From Thermoproteota archaeon (GTDB taxonomy: Archaea; Korarchaeota; Korarchaeia; Korarchaeales; JAOZGB01), in contig JAVCBU010000012.1 in NCBI GenBank assembly GCA_037917685.1, forward strand, positions 160,001 to 224,000: 64,000 bases of DNA, in the 5' to 3' direction. Made by a program: the position numbers and the translations under genes. Under the pieces are notes generated by a model. That model made no database searches. It was given only the letters and a program-made list of their open reading frames with translations, and was not told the DNA's origin. Below are positions 56,433 through 64,000 of the stretch, in pieces; position 1 is the first letter of the stretch; every line of letters begins with the position of its first letter.

Positions 56433-56986
56433 ATGCTTGATCGTGTAACGTGTGAAATTATAAGGCTACTAAGCATAGATGGTAGGGCTAAGCTCACCGA
56501 AGATTGCTAGGGAGATAGGTGTATCTCACGTTACGGTTATGAATAGGCTTAACAGCATGACCGGGAAGGGCTATGCTAAAGTCTCGATGCTTGTAGACCC
56601 TTGAAAAGATGGGAACAAGCTACAGGAGGGAAATACTCGAGCTCTTCGAGAAATGTCCCCGCGTGGTCTTTGCATCAAGCATGCTGGGGGAATATGACCT
56701 TATGGCCATGATTGCAGCCGAGGACGAGGGGATGATAGAGGTTTTCACGGGCTCATGCACAATGAGGACCCATAGGGGGATTAGGAGGAGTAGCCTAATA
56801 CTGCTTGGAAGGGAGAGGGTTGACTTCCTGCTCCGTCTAAGGATGATATCTGAGAGTAGAAGCAGGGTCACACCCTGCGGGAGGATCTGTGTCGAGTGCA
56901 AGGAGTACAGTAGGGGCTGTGTCGGGTGTCCTTCAGCCGAGGGCTACCGTGGACCCTTCAAAACGAGTAACAAGGAATACCTTTAA
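56433..56986 (+). pseudogene. Lrp/AsnC regulator with C-terminal Cys cluster, double frameshift
   Basis: MLDRVTCEIIRLLSIDGRAKLTE / IAREIGVSHVTVMNRL...VDP / EKMG...GEYDLM...CGRICVECKEYSRGCVGCP; extra bases near 56500 and 56601. Confidence 0.8.
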
Positions 56987-57012
56987 AATGAGTGACAAGA
57001 ATACTGACTTAC

Positions 57013-58824
57013 CTATGTTATTCCTAGTTCTTTCAGCTTTTCTTCTGTTGGGATTCCCTTTTCATCCCATCCTCTTAGCTCGTAATATTTTTTTAGGGCT
57101 TTCTTTAATTCTCGAGGGATCATTCCCTTGGCCCCGCCCTCTGCTAACGGTTCTTCCATAAGTCTCTGTGGAAGCGTGTCCTCACGGCCTGTAGGGCTGC
57201 ATTCTATGCTGTATAGTCTTTTCAAATTGTATGTTCTCTCGCCAGCCTTTAGAAGATCTTTGAGTTTAAGGTCTATGCCGGTGGCAAGCTGGTACATTGC
57301 TGCCACGGTTGCCGGGGGTATTGCAACAAACTTGCATAGGACTAGGCTATCTAGGAGGTCGTGCCAGTTTTGCATAGCTATTAGGGGCTCTGGCTTGTCC
57401 ATTAGGGTGTCTCTGTGGTATCTCTTGTGTATGCCTAGATCCGGAATTCTTACCCCTTGTTCTATCTGGTACATTAGTCCTCTTAGGTGGCATGCACCTC
57501 TGTGGGATGTAGCGTATTGGAGGGCCATTCCGTAGAATGCTCTTGGGTCGTGCATGGGTATTTCGAGGCCTTTGACATGTAGTGCAAGTTTTTCAGCTTC
57601 TCCTCCTAGTTCAGCGCCCATCTTTCTGACCCCTTGTGACAGGAGTTCTCCTAGTCCTTGCTTTTCACCTATCATTTTTATCAGTTTTATCGCGAGATCT
57701 GGGTTTCCCCATTCAAGCTTTATATCTGTCTTTAGGAGGCCTTTCTCGTAGCACTCTATTGCAAAGGCTATTACACCCCCGGTGGAAATTGTATCAATTC
57801 CATAACGGTTGCATAGGTCGTTCATTTTAGCTATTGCTTTCAGGTTGTCTATTAGTAGTAGGCTGCCTAGTGATGCTGCTGTCTCGTACTCTGGCCCGTG
57901 TCCCTCCATTTTGTATGGTTCTTCGTCTACCTTAACGATTCTTCCACAGCCTATTGGACATGCGTGACACGCGTACTGCCTAACCAGTATTGTTTGCACG
58001 ATTGCTTCTCCGCATATTTTTTCGAGGCCTTCCCATTCTCCCATTGTGAAGTATTTGATTGGTACATCTCCGTAGGTATGCATTGGGAGCATTATCCCGT
58101 CTGTACCGTAGGATGCTAGGATTTGGACATGTGGGTCGGACCTGATTGTAACCAGCACTCTTGATATTAGTCTTCTCAGTTTTTGAGGTTCAGCTATCCC
58201 GACTACGCCGGTCCCCTTTACTGCTACAGCCTTAAGCTTCTTAGACCCCATTACGGCTCCTAGCCCTGTTCTCCCAGCTGCTCGTCCGCCGTCGCTCATG
58301 ATATTAGCTAATTTAACTTGTTTTTCCCCGGCTCTGCCGATAGCTGATACTCTTACTTTACCGTGTTTCTCTCGGAGCTTTTCTCCTGTTATAAGCGCGT
58401 CAAGCCCCCATATGTCCCCTGCATTAATGATTTGAACGTTTGAGTCTTCGATGAGCAGGTATACCGGTTTTTCAGATGCACCTTCAAATATTATGCCATC
58501 ATACCCGGCTTTTTTGAGTTCTGTACCCCAGTATCCTCCTACATTAGCTTCCCCCCATATTCTGGTTAGGGGGGATTTGGCTGAGACCGTGTGTCTACCG
58601 CTTCCGGGAATTATGGTGCCTGTTAGTGGGCCTGTCATAAATATGAGGAGATTCTCGGGGGATAGGGGGTCTGCTTCGGGTGGTACGTGTTCGTAGATTA
58701 TTTTTGCTGCAAGCCCGCTTCCCCCTATATATTTTCGGAGGTCTTCACTGTCAAATGTGATTTCTTTTATCTCTTTGTCTGTAAGGTTTATCCAGAGGGT
58801 CTTACCAGTATAGCCGTAGGGCAT
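57013..58824 (-). CDS. aor: Tungsten aldehyde:ferredoxin oxidoreductase family protein (WOR #5)
   Basis: KSPLT, GRTGLGAVMGSKKLKAV, CHACPIGC, GPEYET, GIDTIS, HDPR, RGACH. Confidence 0.95.
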   Translation of the reverse strand: MPYGYTGKTLWINLTDKEIKEITFDSEDLRKYIGGSGLAAKIIYEHVPPEADPLSPENLLIFMTGPLTGTIIPGSGRHTVSAKSPLTRIWGEANVGGYWGTELKKAGYDGIIFEGASEKPVYLLIEDSNVQIINAGDIWGLDALITGEKLREKHGKVRVSAIGRAGEKQVKLANIMSDGGRAAGRTGLGAVMGSKKLKAVAVKGTGVVGIAEPQKLRRLISRVLVTIRSDPHVQILASYGTDGIMLPMHTYGDVPIKYFTMGEWEGLEKICGEAIVQTILVRQYACHACPIGCGRIVKVDEEPYKMEGHGPEYETAASLGSLLLIDNLKAIAKMNDLCNRYGIDTISTGGVIAFAIECYEKGLLKTDIKLEWGNPDLAIKLIKMIGEKQGLGELLSQGVRKMGAELGGEAEKLALHVKGLEIPMHDPRAFYGMALQYATSHRGACHLRGLMYQIEQGVRIPDLGIHKRYHRDTLMDKPEPLIAMQNWHDLLDSLVLCKFVAIPPATVAAMYQLATGIDLKLKDLLKAGERTYNLKRLYSIECSPTGREDTLPQRLMEEPLAEGGAKGMIPRELKKALKKYYELRGWDEKGIPTEEKLKELGIT

Positions 58825-58834
58825 TTAGAGCCAC

Positions 58835-59470
58835 CTATATTCTGTATAGCTTTTTTATTACCTCTATCTCTCCTGGAGGGATTTCTATTATACGTCCCAT
58901 CAGCTTTGCTATGAATGTCATCATTGAAACCTCTTCTAGGATTTCAACTGCTGTCACTGCCTCCATCATTTCATATCCTACTCCTATTACGCCATGATTC
59001 TGTAGAATTAGTAGTCTTGTTCCCATTATTCTCTTTCCGACTTCTTCTGCGAGTTCTCTGGTTCCGGGATATTTAAAGGGGACTACGGGTACCTTTGCCA
59101 GCATCAACGCTGCCTCAAGGGTTATTGGTCTTATTTCCACGCCGGCAATCGCTAGGCCTGTTGAGTATGGGCTGTGTGCATGAACTATAGCATTTACATC
59201 TGATCTCCGTTTGTATATTTCCGTGTGGAAGTGCCACTCCATGGACGGCTTTAGAACTCCTTCCAGAACGTTTCCCTCTAGGTCTATTTTTACCAGGTCT
59301 TCCTCGGTGAGTCTAGGCTTGTACAGCCCGCTGGGGGTTATCCAAACTTCCTCAGAGTTCGGTAGTCTGGCGCTTGCGTTTCCCCCAACCCCGGTCATTA
59401 AGCCCTTGTTGTAGAGGGCTTTCATAGCCCATATAACCTCCGACTTCACCTCTTCTTCTGTAAAAGCCAA
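58835..59470 (-). CDS. Class II aldolase/adducin family (FucA-like)
   Basis: GGNAS, ITPSG, PSMEWHFH, HAHSP, LQNHG. Confidence 0.88.
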   Translation of the reverse strand: MAFTEEEVKSEVIWAMKALYNKGLMTGVGGNASARLPNSEEVWITPSGLYKPRLTEEDLVKIDLEGNVLEGVLKPSMEWHFHTEIYKRRSDVNAIVHAHSPYSTGLAIAGVEIRPITLEAALMLAKVPVVPFKYPGTRELAEEVGKRIMGTRLLILQNHGVIGVGYEMMEAVTAVEILEEVSMMTFIAKLMGRIIEIPPGEIEVIKKLYRI

Positions 59471-59532
59471 CTTTAACCACTATAACCTACACGTTACGCT
59501 TTTATTTTAATAGTTAGGCCTAAAACCAGGCC

Positions 59533-60189
59533 TTGGGGATTTACAGATGTGTTAAATGCGGGGAGTATACAAGAAAGGCAAGACATTGTGGACAGCGGGC
59601 TATCTTACTGCTGGATAGGGGGCGAAGGATTAGGTTAAGCAAGCTTCTAAGCTTAATCCTCAGACATAACCCGGAGATGGTTAATTCTAGTATCGGTAAA
59701 GATGGCTTCTTACATTGCAATTTGGAGGAGCTTGTAAAAAGGATAAGGCGTATTAAAGGATTTGACTGGGTTAGAATCGACCATATTTACGCGGTTGTCC
59801 GAACGGATGAAAAGGGAAGATTTGAAATTGAAAATGGGAGAATAAGGGCTTTATATGGTCATAGTATCCCTGTGGAAAATGAGTATAAACGGGATAAGGT
59901 GCCGGATGTACTTTACCATGGAACAGGTAGAGCAACGGTTGATTTGATTCTAAGGGAGGGTTTGAAGCCTATAAGGAGGAACATGGTTCATTTAACAAGT
60001 AATATTAGGGATGCATATGCTGTTGGACTGAGAAAGGATAGTAAGCCCGTAATTTTGGTTATAGATGCAAAGAGAGTTGTATCAGAGGGTATAGATATAA
60101 GAAGAGCTGGTAGAAACGTGTACGTTTGCAAACAAGTTCCTCCTAGGTTTATCAGGGTTTTAGATGGGGGCAAGTCTGGTAGCGACTGA
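59533..60189 (+). CDS. kptA: RNA 2'-phosphotransferase Tpt1/KptA with N-terminal Zn-ribbon
   Basis: LSKLLSLILRH, KGRF, IRALYGHS, LYHGT, R..VHL, CVKCG...HCG. Confidence 0.92.
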   Translation: MGIYRCVKCGEYTRKARHCGQRAILLLDRGRRIRLSKLLSLILRHNPEMVNSSIGKDGFLHCNLEELVKRIRRIKGFDWVRIDHIYAVVRTDEKGRFEIENGRIRALYGHSIPVENEYKRDKVPDVLYHGTGRATVDLILREGLKPIRRNMVHLTSNIRDAYAVGLRKDSKPVILVIDAKRVVSEGIDIRRAGRNVYVCKQVPPRFIRVLDGGKSGSD

Positions 60190-60235
60190 TTGGATTATGT
60201 TTTAAAGAAAATGTTCTCTATTTTTGTGATACGGG

Positions 60236-61582
60236 TTGGCGGTTGAACTTCTCTACGATAGGGGTACGATTATCATAAGAGGAGAAGTTAGCGTACCATT
60301 TGCTGTATGGGATGACAGGTCCGTGTGCTATAGAGCTCAAGCCTTTAGGTATAGGGATATCGTAGAGTATCTTAGGAGAAGCGGGATTAGTTTTAAAGAT
60401 AGGGTTTGGAATCTCATTCCTTCCGTCAATTTCTCTTTTAAAGCTGCACTTAGAGACTACCAGGTTAATGCTTACCGTTCATGGGTTGATTCTGGGAAGA
60501 GGGGTGTGGTGGTTCTACCAACCGGGTCAGGGAAAACATTTATTGCTCTTAAGGCTATTTATGAATTGCAAGCTTCAACCTTAATTGTCGTTCCAACTCT
60601 TCCTCTCGTAGAGCAGTGGTGTAGACTGGTTAAACAACATCTAAATGTTGAGCCCGGGATTTATGGTGGAGGGAAGCATGTTTTAGGTTCAGTAACGGTT
60701 TCAACCTACGATTCCGCATATATCAGAGCCGAGGAGCTTGGCGACAAGTTTCTACTTGTTATTTTTGACGAGGCTCACCATCTCGCCGCTGAAGGATATA
60801 TCCAAATAGCTGAGATGCTTGCAGCACCCTATAGGCTTGGTTTAACCGCCACATTCGAAAGGGAGGATGGAAGACACGTATTACTTTTCAGGGTTCTTGG
60901 GGGTGTCGTTTTTAGGCTTGGCCCGGAGGATATGAAGGGCCGTCACCTTGCAGATTTTAGGGTTGTTAGGATTCCTGTTAGTCTTACGGAAGAGGAGAGG
61001 AATAGATATGATGAGCTTGTAAGAACTTATAAGAAACTTCTAAGGGACTCCGGGATAAGTATTAGGTCGATTGATGACTTTAGGAAACTTATAATGAGAA
61101 GTGGAACTTCAAAGGCGGCTAGAAAGGCCCTGCTTGCGTGGAATGAGGCTAGAAAGATAGCTATAAATTCGGAGTCTAAAATCGATGTTTTAAGTAATTT
61201 GCTGGAGGCGCATAGGGATGAGAAGGTTATTATCTTTACTGAATTTAACAGTATGGCTGAAAGAGTGAGTAGACGGTTTCTTATCCCACTTATAACACAG
61301 AAGACTGGTAAGCTGGAGCGGCAGGCTATCCTAGAAGGTTTTAGGAATGGTAGGTTTACAAAGATTGTTACGTCTAAAGTTTTAGATGAAGGTTTAGACG
61401 TGCCTGATGCGAGTATTGCTATAATTCTTGGAGGTACTGGAAGCAAAAGAGAATTTATACAGAGACTTGGAAGAATTTTAAGGAAAAAACAGGGGAAACA
61501 GGCGATTCTCTACGAGGTTGTATCAGCCGGGACGGCTGAAACAAGAATTTCATGGAGGAGGAGAAAGGCCCTAGATATCTAG
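60236..61582 (+). CDS. xpb2: XPB/Rad25-like helicase
   Basis: LRDYQ, PTGSGKT, DEAHH, GLTATFERED, LDEGLDVP, QRLGRILR. Confidence 0.92.
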   Translation: MAVELLYDRGTIIIRGEVSVPFAVWDDRSVCYRAQAFRYRDIVEYLRRSGISFKDRVWNLIPSVNFSFKAALRDYQVNAYRSWVDSGKRGVVVLPTGSGKTFIALKAIYELQASTLIVVPTLPLVEQWCRLVKQHLNVEPGIYGGGKHVLGSVTVSTYDSAYIRAEELGDKFLLVIFDEAHHLAAEGYIQIAEMLAAPYRLGLTATFEREDGRHVLLFRVLGGVVFRLGPEDMKGRHLADFRVVRIPVSLTEEERNRYDELVRTYKKLLRDSGISIRSIDDFRKLIMRSGTSKAARKALLAWNEARKIAINSESKIDVLSNLLEAHRDEKVIIFTEFNSMAERVSRRFLIPLITQKTGKLERQAILEGFRNGRFTKIVTSKVLDEGLDVPDASIAIILGGTGSKREFIQRLGRILRKKQGKQAILYEVVSAGTAETRISWRRRKALDI

Positions 61583-61593
61583 AGGTGGGGGCC

Positions 61594-63156
61594 ATGTTGC
61601 CATCTACTCTCCTTAGAGCTAGAAGGCGTGGAGGCCGGTTGTTGGTTCTATTCGCAAGAGGCAAGGGGGTGGAGGCGAATGTAGCAGCTGGGCTCATAGG
61701 TCTTTTTGAACGCAGTATTGGCAAGAGCCTGTCAGATCTAAGTAGCGAATTGGAGGACCTGGAAAAGATGTATGAGGCCGCAGGCGTCGATTACAAGTTC
61801 TGCAGAGGATTAAGCGTGCTACTTTTACGGAGATGCGGCTTACGGAGGGAGAATCCTAAGATAGAGCCTGTGAAGGCTAGGCTAACTGTTTACGATGTTA
61901 TTAACAGGTTATATGGTGGATTTCTACCATCAGAGCAATTTAGGGAAGCAGTCCTCAAAAGAGCTGCTACAATTCTCGGGGTAGACGAATTAGAGCTTGA
62001 AGAATCTATGTACTCGGACAGTGAAGATGCTATAGTTGTTGAGGAGTTTAAGCGTATTGGTACATCCGAGCTTCTCAAAGAGTACAATCTAGCACTCTTA
62101 CAAACTGCACTGTTTAAAGCAACTTCCATGACGATTGAAACCTCGGCATCAGGATGGGAGATTAAACCATTACTGAGGGATGTCAAGTTTAGGGGGCTAA
62201 TGTACATTGCTTACAAGATAAATAAATGTGTGAGGATAGTTCTTGATGGTCCTTCGTCGCTGATTAAAATGACAACACGGTATGGGACAGCCATGGCGAA
62301 GGTAATACCAAGAATAATCTCCCTTAGTGACTGGAGCATTAGGGCTACCGTTGTAAGGAAGGTTTCGGGTAGACCTAGATATTTAACTCTCTCCATTGAT
62401 GATTCTAAGAGAAAACTTTTCCCAGAATCTAAGGTTGAAATCGAATCCTTCGATAGTGTTGTCGAGAGGGACTTTTATAGAGTTGTCCAACAGGCAGGAT
62501 GGAGGGTGGAAAGAGAGCCTGAACCATTGGTTTCAGATGGAAATATTGTAATACCTGATTTCAAAGTTTCAAGAAACGGTATAGACCTGTACGTTGAGAT
62601 AGTCGGTTATTGGACTGCCGAATATCTTAAAAGGAAGATAGAAAAGTTGAAAGGTCTTAAAGACAAGATTGTTATCCTTGCCGACAAAAGATTAGCATGT
62701 TCCTCTCTCCAGAGACTTCCGATGGAAGTAGTATACTATGATGGAAAGGTGACTCCTATACAGGTTTATAAAGCCCTCTCCAAATACTCAAAAAAGCCTG
62801 TTGGCATGGTGGACATTGAAGCTATAAGCAGAGTTTTAAAGGGTGAAATTGTCGATTTAAAGAGGATTGCCAAAGAGAAGAATATAGATCTGAAATTAGT
62901 AGAGGCGAAAGTGAAGGAAAAGGGTGAATATATCGTAGTAGGGGGGATTGCTGTTCATAGGGATTTATCTTCACGGGTTTCAACTGTAATCAAGGAGAGA
63001 GGATTCTTAACATATGGCGAAGCTTACAGAACGCTGTCAAGTTTAGATATTCCTGAAGATTACCATGTGCCGGTTTTAGAGGCAGCTGGATACCGCCTAA
63101 AATGGCGTGGAATAGATATCAAGAGTGCCTTGATAGTACGGAAGGAAATGGAATAG
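61594..63156 (+). CDS. bax1: Bax1 endonuclease (DUF790)
   Basis: MLPS.LL, YNLALLQT.LF, GP.SL...T.RYG, FDS.VE, REPEP, IPDF, EIVGYWT.EYL..K; downstream of xpb. Confidence 0.9.
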   Translation: MLPSTLLRARRRGGRLLVLFARGKGVEANVAAGLIGLFERSIGKSLSDLSSELEDLEKMYEAAGVDYKFCRGLSVLLLRRCGLRRENPKIEPVKARLTVYDVINRLYGGFLPSEQFREAVLKRAATILGVDELELEESMYSDSEDAIVVEEFKRIGTSELLKEYNLALLQTALFKATSMTIETSASGWEIKPLLRDVKFRGLMYIAYKINKCVRIVLDGPSSLIKMTTRYGTAMAKVIPRIISLSDWSIRATVVRKVSGRPRYLTLSIDDSKRKLFPESKVEIESFDSVVERDFYRVVQQAGWRVEREPEPLVSDGNIVIPDFKVSRNGIDLYVEIVGYWTAEYLKRKIEKLKGLKDKIVILADKRLACSSLQRLPMEVVYYDGKVTPIQVYKALSKYSKKPVGMVDIEAISRVLKGEIVDLKRIAKEKNIDLKLVEAKVKEKGEYIVVGGIAVHRDLSSRVSTVIKERGFLTYGEAYRTLSSLDIPEDYHVPVLEAAGYRLKWRGIDIKSALIVRKEME

Positions 63157-63225
63157 TTACTATTTAAAGATGGATTCTATGCGGAAAGCTTAAAAATAGG
63201 CAATACTATCATGCATGGGGATTAT

Positions 63226-63453
63226 ATGGTTAAAGCCTACATTCTCATAAGAACCCAGATCGGTATGGTTGACGAGGTTAGAGATAAGCTAAAGAGGATA
63301 CCTGGTATAGTCTCCGTTGATGAAGTTTCAGGCCCTATAGATATAATTGCAATAGCGGAGGCGGATAGCCTAAGAAACCTGAGAAATCTAATACTCGGAG
63401 AGATCCATGCTATTGAGGGTGTAACTAGAACGGAAACAGCGCTTGTGCTATGA
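63226..63453 (+). CDS. Stand-alone Lrp/AsnC ligand-binding (RAM) domain
   Basis: KAYILI, V.GP.DII, I..IEGV.RTET. Confidence 0.85.
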   Translation: MVKAYILIRTQIGMVDEVRDKLKRIPGIVSVDEVSGPIDIIAIAEADSLRNLRNLILGEIHAIEGVTRTETALVL

Positions 63454-63784
63454 TTAGAACGGCATAACTTAGATTATCTCACTATAGTCTAATATACAAT
63501 GGAACTATTACTTGTAGTGGGTGTAGAAAACTGGGACTGGGTTTCCTGATCTTCCTGACGTGAAAGTTACCCTTACAGGGTAGAACTCTCTCAGAACTTC
63601 GACCTCTGCTTTATCTTTGTTTACAATTTTTGATAGAAGAAGCTTGATTAGCTTCTTTTTAGGGAATATTCTTGCCAGTTGCAGCTACAGACGTGTCTTA
63701 ATTTAATAAATTAACGTGTTCTGGCTAGTTTAGGAACGTGGGTTAAGTTTAAGATTTTAAGTTTTAGATGTGATTAGGATAAAA

Positions 63785-64000
63785 GATGAAGAGAATAAGG
63801 ACTATAATTATGGGTGCGGCTGGTAGAGATTTTCATAACTTTAACGTTTACTTTCGGGACAACGAACGTTTTGAAGTGATATGCTTTACACATGGGCAGC
63901 TGCCTATTGATACGAAAAGGATGTATCCACCTGTGCTTGCAGGCAAGTTGTATCCCAATGGTATTCCCATATATCCGGAGTCAATGTTACCGGAGCTGAT
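63785..64000 (+). CDS. COG2403 GTPase / cyclic 2,3-diphosphoglycerate synthetase-like protein (partial)
   Basis: Manual translation MKRIRTIIMGAAGRDFHNFNVYFRDN...YPP.LAGKLYPNGIPIYPE; runs off window. Confidence 0.8.

Noticed and set aside
63454-63780. Long intergenic region checked for tRNA, sRNA or a small gene
   Set aside because: No cloverleaf, no C/D boxes, and only a start-less minus-strand reading frame

Overview
Archaeal chromosomal segment, most likely a TACK/Asgard-type anaerobe: ribosomal S25e, TFB, Ard1-type acetyltransferase, NucS, NreA, PolB2, XPB-Bax1 and Smc-ScpAB are all present. Metabolism is dominated by five tungsten aldehyde:ferredoxin oxidoreductase (AOR/WOR) paralogues with five 4Fe-4S partner subunits, plus nucleoside and N-heterocycle salvage genes. 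The most striking features are: (1) a nucS-smc-scpA-scpB operon whose Smc keeps head and hinge but is only ~763 aa, with arms about half the normal length, plus a minimal kleisin; (2) a second, orphan kleisin-like gene head-to-head with a headless ~385-aa coiled-coil gene; (3) an unannotated box C/D guide sRNA with plausible 23S H69 and tRNA G18 targets; (4) a decayed transposase/AbrB/DNA-methyltransferase element; (5) several pseudogene and deletion scars and two toxin-antitoxin modules. No CRISPR array, tRNA or rRNA was seen. All family calls come from motifs recognised by eye, not from database searches.
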